From the NCBI GenBank assembly GCA_963662275.1, contig OY759316.1:3904001-3968000 (forward strand): a DNA stretch of 64,000 bases, written 5' to 3'. The notes beneath the pieces are model-generated. The model ran no database searches. It worked only from the letters and a program-made list of their open reading frames with translations, and was not told where the DNA came from. The position numbers and the translations under genes were made by a program. The DNA comes from Candidatus Cloacimonadales bacterium (lineage in GTDB: Bacteria; Cloacimonadota; Cloacimonadia; Cloacimonadales; DAONDQ01). This document shows positions 18,381 through 28,558 of the stretch, piece after piece; position 1 is the stretch's first letter; each line of letters begins with the position of its first letter.

Positions 18381-20731
18381 AGAAGGATTACAAATTTATT
18401 GGTAAAGACATAGTCCGTATAGATGGAAGGGAAAAGATATCCGGTGCAGCAATCTACGGAGATGATATTGACTTTGGTCCAAATCTTCTTCATGCAGAGA
18501 TCGTTTCTTCCACACAAGCTCATGCTCTTATTATCTCAATTGATACATCTGAAGCTGAGAAAGTGCAGGATGTCGTAAAAGTATTTACCGGCAAAGATTT
18601 TCCTTACAAATTTGGTCTATATATGAAAGACCGTTATATCTTTGCCCAGGATAAAGTACGCTTTTATGGGGAACAGGTTGCCGCTGTGGTAGCCCGTACT
18701 CCCCAAGCTGCCAAGAAAGCAGCACAACTTATCAAAGTGGTATATGAACCATTACCGGCTGTACTTAACCAGATGGAAGCTTTGAAGGATGATGCCACGT
18801 TATTACATCCTGATTTGGGTGAATATCCTCATGTGCCCTGGTTCTTCCCAAAAGCTGGAACGAATGTTGCCCATTGGCGAAAGACCCGTAAAGGAGACTT
18901 GGAGAAAGGCTTCGCAGAAGCTGATTTCGTTCTAGAAGATGAATATCACGTACCCCGTTATGCACATTGTGCGATTGAAACGCATGTAGCTATTGGTAAG
19001 TATGATTTCGGTGGTAGACTGACTGTCTGGAGTTCTTCACAATCACCACATACACAACGGCATTTGTTTGCTGAAGCTCTTGCTCCCATGGGTTTGACTC
19101 ATAAGGATGTACGGGTCATTGCTCCTCATGTTGGTGGTGGTTTTGGTGGGAAAGCTGGGGTGACAATGGAAATCATCCCTGCTGCGCTTGCTACGAAGTT
19201 GAGAGGTTATGCCGTTAAACTGCGCTGGACACGTGAACAGGAGTTTGTGAACACATACCAGCGTCTTGATGTTGTTGCCAGGATTAAAGTCGGTGTAAAG
19301 AAAGATGGTACAATCACAGCTTTAGATCATAAATTATACTGGGATGCAGGTGCGTATGTAGAATATGGCGCTAATGTCGTGAATGCGGTAGGATTATCGG
19401 CAATTGGACCTTATCGTGTTTCTAACATCTCCATAGATTCAATCTGTATTTATACGAACCTTCCGCCAGGTGGTGCTTACCGCGGGTTCGGTTATTCTGA
19501 AATGCTTTTCGGTTTGGAATCCCACATGAATACAGTCGCTAAGAAAATAGGCATGGATCCGGTTCAGTTCAGATTGCATAATGCGATTCGTGAAGGTGAC
19601 CAGACTGCCTATGGTGCTTCCATGAATCCGAATGGTTTAATCGAAGCAATTGAGAAAGTGGCAAAAGAAATTGAATGGGGAAAGAAAGTCGTTTCCCAAG
19701 ATCCTACAAAGGTTATTGGCAAAGGCTTCTCTCTTTTCTGGAAAGCTCCTGCCATGCCACCAAATGCTTCTTCATCTGCATTTCTCAAATTCAATGAAGA
19801 TGCCAGTATCAATCTTATCATCTCTGGTATGGATATCGGGCAGGGTTATCAAACAGTGATGGCGCAGATTGCTGCTGAAATACTATCTATTCCACCTTCC
19901 AAGATAAGAGTTGAAACACCTGATACTGACCGTAACCCATATGAATGGCAGACAGTTGCTTCCCACATTACCTGGAGTAGTGGCAATGCTGTGAGGAAAG
20001 CTGCCGAAGATGCTCGAGAGCAGATTCTTGATCTGATTGAAAGAGTGTACTGCCTCCCCAAGAGTGAATTATTCCTGGAAGATGAAGCTGTCAAATGCCA
20101 CACACAGCCAAAGTTTATCAAACCTCTAAGAGAGTTTGTTGTAGATGGCATAATGACTGGAGACGGAACATTCAAAGGTGGACCTATCAATGCACGTGGC
20201 ATGTTCATGCCTGAATTCTCCTCGGCAAACGGTGACCCGGAAACCAGTCAGGGTGGTCATCCCAATGTACACTACACAGTGGGTGCCGGAGCACTTATCC
20301 TGGAAATAGACAAGGAAACGGGAAAGATGCATGTTCTCAAGGCAGTGGAAGCTGTGGATGTAGGACAAGCATTGAATCCTGACCTGATCAGAGGTCAAAT
20401 CACCGGTGGATTGCTCCAGGGCTTGGCAACTGTTCTTTACGAAGATATGCGCTATGATGATAAAGGGAAACTTTTAAATCCAAACTTCACAGATTACAAG
20501 ATTCCCACAGCAATGGATGTACCGGATGAGATTGTCCCGATTATCATTGAAGTGCCACAACCCGATGGACCATTCGGTGCTCGTGGAGTTGGTGAACATA
20601 CGATGCTTCCTGCAGCACCCATGATTGCCAATGCTGTTGAAGATGCTTTGGGTATTCGGATAAAATCTATGCCCATCACAGCAGAAAAGATAGCTATGGA
20701 AATCTTAAATATTCAGAAAATACGAAATTGA
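18377..20731 (+). CDS. Xanthine dehydrogenase family molybdopterin-binding subunit
   Basis: GGGFGGK, AYRGFG, DIGQG, GQITGG, ARGVGE. Confidence 0.92.
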   Translation: MKKDYKFIGKDIVRIDGREKISGAAIYGDDIDFGPNLLHAEIVSSTQAHALIISIDTSEAEKVQDVVKVFTGKDFPYKFGLYMKDRYIFAQDKVRFYGEQVAAVVARTPQAAKKAAQLIKVVYEPLPAVLNQMEALKDDATLLHPDLGEYPHVPWFFPKAGTNVAHWRKTRKGDLEKGFAEADFVLEDEYHVPRYAHCAIETHVAIGKYDFGGRLTVWSSSQSPHTQRHLFAEALAPMGLTHKDVRVIAPHVGGGFGGKAGVTMEIIPAALATKLRGYAVKLRWTREQEFVNTYQRLDVVARIKVGVKKDGTITALDHKLYWDAGAYVEYGANVVNAVGLSAIGPYRVSNISIDSICIYTNLPPGGAYRGFGYSEMLFGLESHMNTVAKKIGMDPVQFRLHNAIREGDQTAYGASMNPNGLIEAIEKVAKEIEWGKKVVSQDPTKVIGKGFSLFWKAPAMPPNASSSAFLKFNEDASINLIISGMDIGQGYQTVMAQIAAEILSIPPSKIRVETPDTDRNPYEWQTVASHITWSSGNAVRKAAEDAREQILDLIERVYCLPKSELFLEDEAVKCHTQPKFIKPLREFVVDGIMTGDGTFKGGPINARGMFMPEFSSANGDPETSQGGHPNVHYTVGAGALILEIDKETGKMHVLKAVEAVDVGQALNPDLIRGQITGGLLQGLATVLYEDMRYDDKGKLLNPNFTDYKIPTAMDVPDEIVPIIIEVPQPDGPFGARGVGEHTMLPAAPMIANAVEDALGIRIKSMPITAEKIAMEILNIQKIRN

Positions 20732-20756
20732 TACAAATGGATGAAATACAGTATGG

Positions 20757-20782
20757 ATGGGCATCCTAAGGATGCCCATTTT
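20757..20782 (+). terminator. Probable intrinsic terminator
   Basis: ATGGGCATCC-TAA-GGATGCCCAT followed by Ts. Confidence 0.65.
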
Positions 20783-20946
20783 GCTTTTAGTGGATTTTTC
20801 CTTAAATTATAGAAAATAATGATTGCATAAAAAATAAACTCTTTGCTATCATTGTATCGGATTTCCTATTTTATTCTGTAGGTAGGTAAATAGGAATGAA
20901 ATTACATGAAATAATATGTGTAACTTAACGCGGAAGGAGAATTCGT

Positions 20947-21621
20947 ATGAAAACTGTATTTTTTATTTTGCTGTTATTTACTTTGTTAAGCTCGTTTGTT
21001 TATGCGAAGGACAATTATGTAATTGTCCCAGGCGTTCGTGTTGGTATAATCACCGCGTCGACAACTGAATCAGATCTGGTCAAGCTATATGGAATTGAAA
21101 ATGTCCAAAGTCAAACCAGTCTCAATGATCAATATGAAATGACCAGACAAACAATTCTTTTCCCCTTTGATTTCAAAAAAAGGATCCAGATCTTTTGGGC
21201 GAAAGGTAATTCTCATACTGGACCTGAGCTTGTTCGAATTGAGGGAACGAATTCATTGTGGCATACAAACGGAGGAATTTTCCTTGGGATGTCCTTATCT
21301 CAACTGGAATCCATGAATGGTATTCCCTTACATTTGACAGGTTTCCATCCTGATTATCCCGGGATAATTACAGACTGTGGTTACGGAAAGCTGAAATTCC
21401 TGGGTTTTCAGACTCCGGAAGGAGAAGATGTATATGGGCGGTTAATGACATTGAGATTATATCTCCCGATTGATAATAATGCCTTGATTACGAAAGAAGA
21501 ACTCCAATCAATATCAGGTCCGGGAATCTACTCATCAGATAACGAGATTATGAAAAAGTGTGGACCTGTTGTAAAGCAAATGGATATTACCTTTTTGAAA
21601 GAAGATCAAATCAAGAAATAA
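20947..21621 (+). CDS. Exported hypothetical protein
   Basis: AAGGAG RBS, signal peptide, IVPGVRVG start of mature region. Confidence 0.65.
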   Translation: MKTVFFILLLFTLLSSFVYAKDNYVIVPGVRVGIITASTTESDLVKLYGIENVQSQTSLNDQYEMTRQTILFPFDFKKRIQIFWAKGNSHTGPELVRIEGTNSLWHTNGGIFLGMSLSQLESMNGIPLHLTGFHPDYPGIITDCGYGKLKFLGFQTPEGEDVYGRLMTLRLYLPIDNNALITKEELQSISGPGIYSSDNEIMKKCGPVVKQMDITFLKEDQIKK

Positions 21622-21637
21622 AAAGTAAGGATATTGT

Positions 21638-22828
21638 ATGCAAAAACCACTCGAAAATATCCGCGTACTCGACTTGACGCGGGTATTAGCAGGACCTTTC
21701 TGCACAATGATCTTAAGTGATTTAGGTGCAGAGATAATTAAAATTGAAATTCCCGGTTGTGGAGATGATTCTCGAGCTTTCGGTCCGTTTATCGGTACTA
21801 GGAGTTTGTATTTTCTCAGTATTAATCGGGGAAAAAAAAGTATTTCACTCAATCTCAAGGATCCAAAAGGCAAACAAATCCTTCTTGATCTGGTCAAACA
21901 ATCAGATATCATTGTTGAGAATTACCGTCCCGGAACGATGGAGAAACTCGGACTTGGTTATGATGTTTTAAAGGAAATCAATCCGGCAATCATCTATGCA
22001 GCTTCATCAGGATTCGGGCATTCAGGACCAGACTCACAAAAACCTGCCTATGATATCCTAGCTCAAGCAATGGGCGGAATTATGAGTATTACCGGCTGGC
22101 AAGGCAGTGCACCCACACGTGTGGGTATGTCTCTTGGTGATATTACTGCTTCTCTTTTTACGGCAATCGGAATTACTACAGCTCTCTATCAAAGAGAAAA
22201 AACCGGACTTGGTCAAAAGATTGATGTTGCAATGCTGGATTGCCAAGTTGCCATTCTGGAAAATGCCCTGGTCAGATTACAAGCTGAAGGAAAGAATCCT
22301 GAACCTTTGGGAAATAGACATCCAACCATCACTCCCTTCCAAGCTTACAAAGCGGCTGATGAATATTTTGTGATTTCTGTTGGGAATGATGCACTCTGGT
22401 TTACTTTCTGCCAAGCAATACATCGTGACGACCTGGTAAAAGATGAACGATTCATAACAAATAAGAAAAGAACTGAGAATATCTATGATCTCAACGAAAT
22501 ATTAGACGAGGTATTTTTACAGAAAACCGCTCGTGAATGGCTTTCTGTTTTTGAACAGGTAAAACTCCCTTGTGCACCAATCAATAAAATCGATGAAGTG
22601 ATATCACATCCGCAAGTCCAGGCACGTAACATGATCGTTGAAGTTGATGATGTCATTGCAGGTAAAGTGAAAATTGCCGGCAATCCCATCAAAATGGATT
22701 CTGTTCCCGAAGAAAAATCAAGGGGAAAAGTACCTGAAGTAGGAGAAAATAATCGTGAAATATATAGTGAATTACTAGGTTTATCAGATTCTGACTTGGC
22801 TAAACTTGCTGATGAAGGAGTGATTTAG
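21638..22828 (+). CDS. Class III CoA-transferase (CaiB/BaiF/Frc family)
   Basis: RVLDLTRVLAGP, NRGKKS, ENYRPG, SLGD. Confidence 0.92.
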   Translation: MQKPLENIRVLDLTRVLAGPFCTMILSDLGAEIIKIEIPGCGDDSRAFGPFIGTRSLYFLSINRGKKSISLNLKDPKGKQILLDLVKQSDIIVENYRPGTMEKLGLGYDVLKEINPAIIYAASSGFGHSGPDSQKPAYDILAQAMGGIMSITGWQGSAPTRVGMSLGDITASLFTAIGITTALYQREKTGLGQKIDVAMLDCQVAILENALVRLQAEGKNPEPLGNRHPTITPFQAYKAADEYFVISVGNDALWFTFCQAIHRDDLVKDERFITNKKRTENIYDLNEILDEVFLQKTAREWLSVFEQVKLPCAPINKIDEVISHPQVQARNMIVEVDDVIAGKVKIAGNPIKMDSVPEEKSRGKVPEVGENNREIYSELLGLSDSDLAKLADEGVI

Positions 22829-24121
22829 TTGTTCACAAGACAAGCTTCTTTAGTTCAAATTGCACAAACACTTAGCTCGGGGGAATTGAATCTACTCGAT
22901 TATATCAATGAAACATGTGATTGGATGGAAAAAACTGAACCAACAATTCAAGCCTTATTACCTGAAGAAGATCGTAGACAGCGTCTTTTAAAAGAAAGCG
23001 AGGTTCTTCTTCAAAGATATCCGAATCTATCTGATCGCCCCCCATTATTTGGTGTTCTCGTGGGTGTGAAAGATTTGTTCAATGTGGACGGTTTTCCTAC
23101 CCAGGCAGGTTCAAAATTACCCCCGGAAGCATTTTTAGGTACGGAAGCAGAGATTGTTACGAATCTGAAAAAGATGGGAGCTTTGATCTTAGGGAAAACA
23201 GTATCAACAGAATTTGCTTATTTTCAACCTGGTACTACAACAAATCCCATCAATCCTTCGCACACACCGGGAGGTTCATCAAGCGGTTCAGCAGCATCTG
23301 TGGCAGCGGGATATTGTCCATTAGCTCTCGGTACACAGACAATTGCCTCGATTATCAGACCAGCTTCCTTTTGCGGTATCGCTGGATTCAAACCCAGCCA
23401 TGGAAGAGTTTCGGTGAGAGGTGTATTTCTCTTTTCCCAATCTGCTGATCATATCGGTTTTCTCACTCAAACAACAGATGATTTGAAATATGCTGCATCC
23501 TATATTATTCCCAACTGGAAAAAGATTGATCAATTGGATCATGCTCCAATCATTGGTGTTCCGACTGGTGATTTCCTCGAACAAGCGAACTTGGAATCAC
23601 AGGCTCATTTCTTCTCAGAAGTGGTTCGATTGGGTGAAGCTGGTTTTCTATTGAAGAACATCGACGTTTTTTCTGATATAGAGCAAATCAATTCTAATCA
23701 CAGGAAATTAATTGCATATGAATTCACCATGAATCATAAACATCTTTATAAGAAATATTCCCATCTCTATTCTAAACACTCTCAACAATTATTCATGGAT
23801 GGCTCAGTTGTTTCACTACAAGAGTATCATGATCTTCTAGCTGGACAAAGCGATTTTCGCTTTCATTTAGAAAGTACTATGAAACGCGAAAATATTGATG
23901 TCTGGATATGTCCTTCTACGATCTCTGCTGCTCCAGTAGGTTTGGAATCTACAGGCAACCCATTGATGAGTTTACCCTGGACTCATGCCGGACTTCCCAG
24001 TGCGACGATTCCATTGAAAGATGAAGAAGAAGAGCTTCCATATGGTTTACAAGTTATTGGACATTACAACGAAGATGAGTATGTGATACGTTGTTTGCCT
24101 CTTATCAACCCCATTGATTAA
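22829..24121 (+). CDS. Amidase signature family protein
   Basis: GVKD, TPGGSSSGSAA, LGTQTIASIIRPASFCG. Confidence 0.9.
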   Translation: MFTRQASLVQIAQTLSSGELNLLDYINETCDWMEKTEPTIQALLPEEDRRQRLLKESEVLLQRYPNLSDRPPLFGVLVGVKDLFNVDGFPTQAGSKLPPEAFLGTEAEIVTNLKKMGALILGKTVSTEFAYFQPGTTTNPINPSHTPGGSSSGSAASVAAGYCPLALGTQTIASIIRPASFCGIAGFKPSHGRVSVRGVFLFSQSADHIGFLTQTTDDLKYAASYIIPNWKKIDQLDHAPIIGVPTGDFLEQANLESQAHFFSEVVRLGEAGFLLKNIDVFSDIEQINSNHRKLIAYEFTMNHKHLYKKYSHLYSKHSQQLFMDGSVVSLQEYHDLLAGQSDFRFHLESTMKRENIDVWICPSTISAAPVGLESTGNPLMSLPWTHAGLPSATIPLKDEEEELPYGLQVIGHYNEDEYVIRCLPLINPID

Positions 24122-24160
24122 TTTTACTTCCTGTTTTTAGTATTCATTCTCCAATTTATT

Positions 24161-24376
24161 CCGTAGCAACCACTTCAGTCGCTGGATCAACGGCCGTAGT
24201 TCGCGACCTCCGGGCGTGATATAGGGCTGCCGGGACGGCAGCCCCCTACTGTTAGATTTTTCCCATTTAAATGGGCTGATTTGATGCACAATTTTTTGTA
24301 TTCACCAGCGGTGAAACATAGCAGAAACAGAAGATTACAACCGGCTAAACCCGGAGCTACATCTCGGAGGAGCTAC
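24161..24376. repeat. Cluster of degenerate GTAG/CTAC REP-like hairpins
   Basis: GC-rich patch with GGGCTGCC-GGGAC-GGCAGCCC-CCTAC and several GTAG.../...CTAC motifs. Confidence 0.45.
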
Positions 24377-24378
24377 GA

Positions 24379-24714
24379 TTAACCGAAGAAGTGCCCTAAT
24401 CTGTCCTTTTCATAACGGGGAATGATGTGCATATGAAAATGCAGTATACTCTGCCCCGCAGCTTTACCCTGGTTTGTGCCGATATTATAACCATCCGGCT
24501 GGTATTTGCCTTCGAGGTAAGTTTTTGTTTTTTGCAGGATATCCAATAGATCAAGAGCTTCTGCTTCATTCATCTCAAAGATGGAAGAGATATGACGTTT
24601 TGAAATGATGAGGGAATGTCCTTCCTGTTTCGGATATTTATCAGGGATCGTGATAAAACTGTCATTTTCCAGGATTATTCTGTCTTTGGGGAGGTTGCAG
24701 AAGAGACAATCCAT
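24379..24714 (-). CDS. HIT family hydrolase
   Basis: CLFC, GKAAGQSILHFHMHIIPR. Confidence 0.92.
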   Translation of the reverse strand: MDCLFCNLPKDRIILENDSFITIPDKYPKQEGHSLIISKRHISSIFEMNEAEALDLLDILQKTKTYLEGKYQPDGYNIGTNQGKAAGQSILHFHMHIIPRYEKDRLGHFFG

Positions 24715-24910
24715 TTAAACTATCCTTTTATGTTTCGGTAGTTCATCCTTTAGGCTTGGTAAAAACGACTTCAGGAGTCGACTGCCCTGCTGTTATTTTA
24801 CTTTAAGCAGTTTTCAAAAAAAGCATTCCCACGAACGCTTAAGATACCTGAAGTAATCTTTTCCATTCCTTAAGAAATAACCACCGGAAAAGCAGGAACA
24901 GCGTCCTACA

Positions 24911-26020
24911 CTACTTACTATAGAACTCAATGATGCTGCTGATGACTAAATCAATTTCATCCTGTGTCATATCAGGAAATAGAGGAAGAGTCACCAGTTT
25001 TGTCCAGATGCCTTCGGTAATTGGCAGATTGCGATAATAAGGTTTATACATATCAAAAAGATGATTAGGATAATAATGAACACCTGTTGTAATGCCCTTT
25101 TCCATAAGATATGCCCGGAGGTTGTCACGGTCTTCCACTTTGATGACAAAGTTATGGCAGGCAGGGAACATATATTCCTTCAAGACAGGACAGATGATCT
25201 TGGGATAGGCTTTGAATGCATTGCGGTAATATTCTGAATAATAACGGCGCTTATCGTTCATCCATTCCAGTTTCTCGAACTGGGCAATACCGATTGCTGC
25301 AATGATATCGTTCATGTGATATTTATAACCTAGCTCAGTAACATCATAGAACCAGTCATAGCTATTGCCGGCACCACGTTCGAAGGTATCCTTGGATATT
25401 CCCACCCAGCGCAGTTTCTTGATCCTGTCCATCCATACCTTATTATTGGAAACAAGCATACCGCCATCTCCGGTGGATAAGTTTTTAACTGCCTGGAAAC
25501 TGAAACTGCCAAAGTCTCCTATAGAACCAAGCATCCTTCCCTTATATTTTCCACCACAGGCATGGGCACAATCTTCAACAACTGCCAGCTTATATTTACG
25601 GGCAATCTCCATGATCGGGTCCATATCACAGGCATAACCACCATAATGAACAACGATGATCGCTTTTGTTTTAGGAGTAATGAGTTTTTCTATTTCTTCA
25701 GGCTTCATATTCATGTTTTCCGCATCAACATCACAGAAAACAGGTATTCCACCATTATATAGAATTGCGTGATTGGATGAAACGAAAGTCATAGAGGGAG
25801 TGATCACTTCATAATCTTTCACATCAATGACCATTAACGCAAGGTGAAGGGCAGCCGTTGCTGAATTTAAACCGAGAGAAAAATCTACGCCGATATAGGC
25901 AGCAAATCTCTTTTCAAATTCACTTGTTTTGGGACCTAATCCCCACCAGCCGGAATCAATCACTTCCTTCAGGTATTTTATTTCCAGGTCATCATGGTAT
26001 GGTCGATATACGGGTATCAT
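24911..26020 (-). CDS. DegT/DnrJ sugar aminotransferase
   Basis: NSATAALH, EDCAHA, SFQAVKNL. Confidence 0.92.
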   Translation of the reverse strand: MIPVYRPYHDDLEIKYLKEVIDSGWWGLGPKTSEFEKRFAAYIGVDFSLGLNSATAALHLALMVIDVKDYEVITPSMTFVSSNHAILYNGGIPVFCDVDAENMNMKPEEIEKLITPKTKAIIVVHYGGYACDMDPIMEIARKYKLAVVEDCAHACGGKYKGRMLGSIGDFGSFSFQAVKNLSTGDGGMLVSNNKVWMDRIKKLRWVGISKDTFERGAGNSYDWFYDVTELGYKYHMNDIIAAIGIAQFEKLEWMNDKRRYYSEYYRNAFKAYPKIICPVLKEYMFPACHNFVIKVEDRDNLRAYLMEKGITTGVHYYPNHLFDMYKPYYRNLPITEGIWTKLVTLPLFPDMTQDEIDLVISSIIEFYSK

Positions 26021-26033
26021 ATTTCCTCTTTTT

Positions 26034-26780
26034 CTATAATATTGCTAGTAGCGTTCTAACGTGTGGATTAACAAAATTATCAAGCTGCATCATACGTTTC
26101 AGGGTATAGATGGATACCCAGCGGAAGTTATCATTAACATTCACTTGCATATTTTCAGGAATCTCGACCACCATATATTTTACCCGTTTCAAATAAAATC
26201 TTCCTCCATCTTCAGGAAGCCAGTGATCATATAGAATCTTATATTCGGGATTGGATTCATCAAAAAATTCAGCTAATAAAGGTTTCTTACCTTTGTGAAC
26301 CTGGTTCAAGTTACTATAAGTTACCTGGAGAGCTGGTGAAACGAGTACTTTTCCGTAATTGCCCGGTTCAAACTTTGCTTCCACCAGGTACACATTCCTG
26401 CCATTTTGCTTTTGTTTGATCAAACCTGCAATACTACCTTCGGTACCCTGATCCATGATTGGCTGTTTCCAACCTTTACCCGATTCCCGAATACTGGTTT
26501 TGATATCGACTCCAATTAAGCGGAAGAATCCTCCACTAATATGAGCTACATCTCCTGTTTCAGGATCCAGGTACCAATCGCCCCAGACCTCATTCAGTCC
26601 AACTTCTTTCACTTCTGCTTCACATTTTGATTGTTTTTCTTTGAACCATTGAAGGAATTCAGTATACTCCTGTTCATAAGTAAGCAAGTTATCTTCCAGG
26701 AAACCTTCCTGGTCAGGAGACAGGTGTATCCCTTCCTTTTCCATAATCCTTAAGAGATGATCAATTTGTTCTTTTTTCAT
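26034..26780 (-). CDS. NDP-hexose 2,3-dehydratase family protein (single-domain)
   Basis: HISGGFF, WKQPIMDQ, AKFEPGN, SPALQVTYSN, EDGGRFY. Confidence 0.8.
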   Translation of the reverse strand: MKKEQIDHLLRIMEKEGIHLSPDQEGFLEDNLLTYEQEYTEFLQWFKEKQSKCEAEVKEVGLNEVWGDWYLDPETGDVAHISGGFFRLIGVDIKTSIRESGKGWKQPIMDQGTEGSIAGLIKQKQNGRNVYLVEAKFEPGNYGKVLVSPALQVTYSNLNQVHKGKKPLLAEFFDESNPEYKILYDHWLPEDGGRFYLKRVKYMVVEIPENMQVNVNDNFRWVSIYTLKRMMQLDNFVNPHVRTLLAIL

Positions 26781-27763
26781 TATTTCTCACATTGTTTACG
26801 TATTTCATCAAACATTTTATGTGCCATCAAGGCATCCCCAATATTGGGAATAGGAATATTATGATCTCCGCAGCACAAATGGTAAAAAGCTGTTAATTGC
26901 GTTTTGTAACCGGAACTGTCTGGAAGCCAGAAGATGGAATTTGACTCTCCCGAATAGCGACAATCCTGGCTACCATCAATGAAGTAAGTTTCATTTGTAT
27001 TTCTGCTGACCAGACGCTTCCTTTTATCATCAATCACTTGCCATTCTTCATGGAAAGATGATGCGTTCCAAGCACCGGCTGAAGTGAACAGGAGAGAAAT
27101 GCTTGCGCCGTTGACAGATAGCATTGAAGCAGAAATACTGATACCTGTATCAGTATGAGCAGATACTTTGGCAGAAATATCATTCACCTGTCCGAAGATT
27201 GCGCAAATCAAATCACAATAATGAATCAAATTGCTCAGTATTCCATCCCAGCCAAGTTTCCTGCCCTGCTGAGTGATAAAATAGAATGATCCGGTAATTG
27301 GATTTCCAAACGTATTTGTATCCCTTAACAGGTTGAACCTGGTCAACACCGGGTAATATCTTTTATTAAAACCAATTTGGATTTTAGTTTTTTGTTCTAC
27401 AGATAATGAATCGATAAAGCTTTGGACAAGGGCTGAATTAATCGCGAAAGGTTTTTCGCATAAGACAAAAAGACCCATATCCAGTGCAGCTTTACTGATT
27501 TCCGGATGCATTTCTTCCCCTGTGGCAATCAGGACAGCATCGCAATCACCTTTTTCAATTAGATCACGGTAATCTGAAAACACCTTTACGTGGGGAAGTA
27601 TGGATTTGATCGAATCCAACGTTGACTGATCAAGACCGCAGATTGCAGTGATAAGATAGTTATGAGCTGATATTTTGGCAGTGGGATCGTTCATTAATGC
27701 CGGAATATGAGCTTTTAACGTGATCGTACCGCAACCGATTAACCCGATCTTAATCAGTTTCAT
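26780..27763 (-). CDS. Gfo/Idh/MocA oxidoreductase
   Basis: GLIGCG, CEKP, GFNKRY, IHYCD. Confidence 0.85.
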   Translation of the reverse strand: MKLIKIGLIGCGTITLKAHIPALMNDPTAKISAHNYLITAICGLDQSTLDSIKSILPHVKVFSDYRDLIEKGDCDAVLIATGEEMHPEISKAALDMGLFVLCEKPFAINSALVQSFIDSLSVEQKTKIQIGFNKRYYPVLTRFNLLRDTNTFGNPITGSFYFITQQGRKLGWDGILSNLIHYCDLICAIFGQVNDISAKVSAHTDTGISISASMLSVNGASISLLFTSAGAWNASSFHEEWQVIDDKRKRLVSRNTNETYFIDGSQDCRYSGESNSIFWLPDSSGYKTQLTAFYHLCCGDHNIPIPNIGDALMAHKMFDEIRKQCEK

Positions 27764-28274
27764 CTGTTTTAATCCGATTTATCAAATATTCTTCAATCAA
27801 CGGTAACTTGATATCGTATTGATACTTATCATCAGGGTTCCAGGCAGGATTACGGTAATTCAAAATATAGGCAATGTCGGAAACTCCAAAATAACCATGA
27901 GGATATTTGGAAGGAAAAGTAATCGTCAACACTTCCTTATCGGCATCAAAAGGGATAATAATCAGCTTGTCCGGATCTATTTTCTTCGTATCGTCACCTT
28001 TTTCAATAACTTCAGGATGGATGACTAACTGCGCTTTCCCAAATAGACAGAAAACGGTATCCAATTTGTGAGGATGCGTATGAAATCCTTTAAACATGTG
28101 CTTATATACAGTGGAATAGTAGAATTGCTGAAAAACCTCATCAGTTCGATCAGCAAATATTTCATCATGCCGATTTAAGATATCTACCAGGAAACCATTC
28201 TCTCTTCCATTCACATCCTTGGTAAATACTTTCCTACAACGTTTTATCTTTAGCCAACTAGGTAGATTATCCAC
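27750..28274 (-). CDS. RmlC-like cupin (sugar epimerase/isomerase)
   Basis: KGFHTH...D, PHGY; first gene of the sugar operon. Confidence 0.65.
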   Translation of the reverse strand: MDNLPSWLKIKRCRKVFTKDVNGRENGFLVDILNRHDEIFADRTDEVFQQFYYSTVYKHMFKGFHTHPHKLDTVFCLFGKAQLVIHPEVIEKGDDTKKIDPDKLIIIPFDADKEVLTITFPSKYPHGYFGVSDIAYILNYRNPAWNPDDKYQYDIKLPLIEEYLINRIKTDETD

Positions 28275-28558
28275 ATTTTCTCCTTATTCCTCTATCATAC
28301 TTTACGAATGCTATATAATTTTCCCATATTTTGATGGGGGAAATGATATCCGGTAAAACGCAGAATCTCATTATCTGACTATGTAATGCTCTCTACTGAA
28401 AACATTGACTATATTTCAAAAAAAAACTCAAAACAGTAGAGGTCAAGACATTTTTTTCTGCTTAAGGCATCAAACCTCGTCATTGTCGCAAGTGCCAATC
28501 ATTTGCTAAAAACATCATACGACTCATTACTAGGGATCTAGTATGTATCTTAAAAAAT

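Noticed and set aside
18377..20731. Aerobic CO dehydrogenase CoxL
   Set aside because: Has AYRGFG, not the AYxCSFR motif
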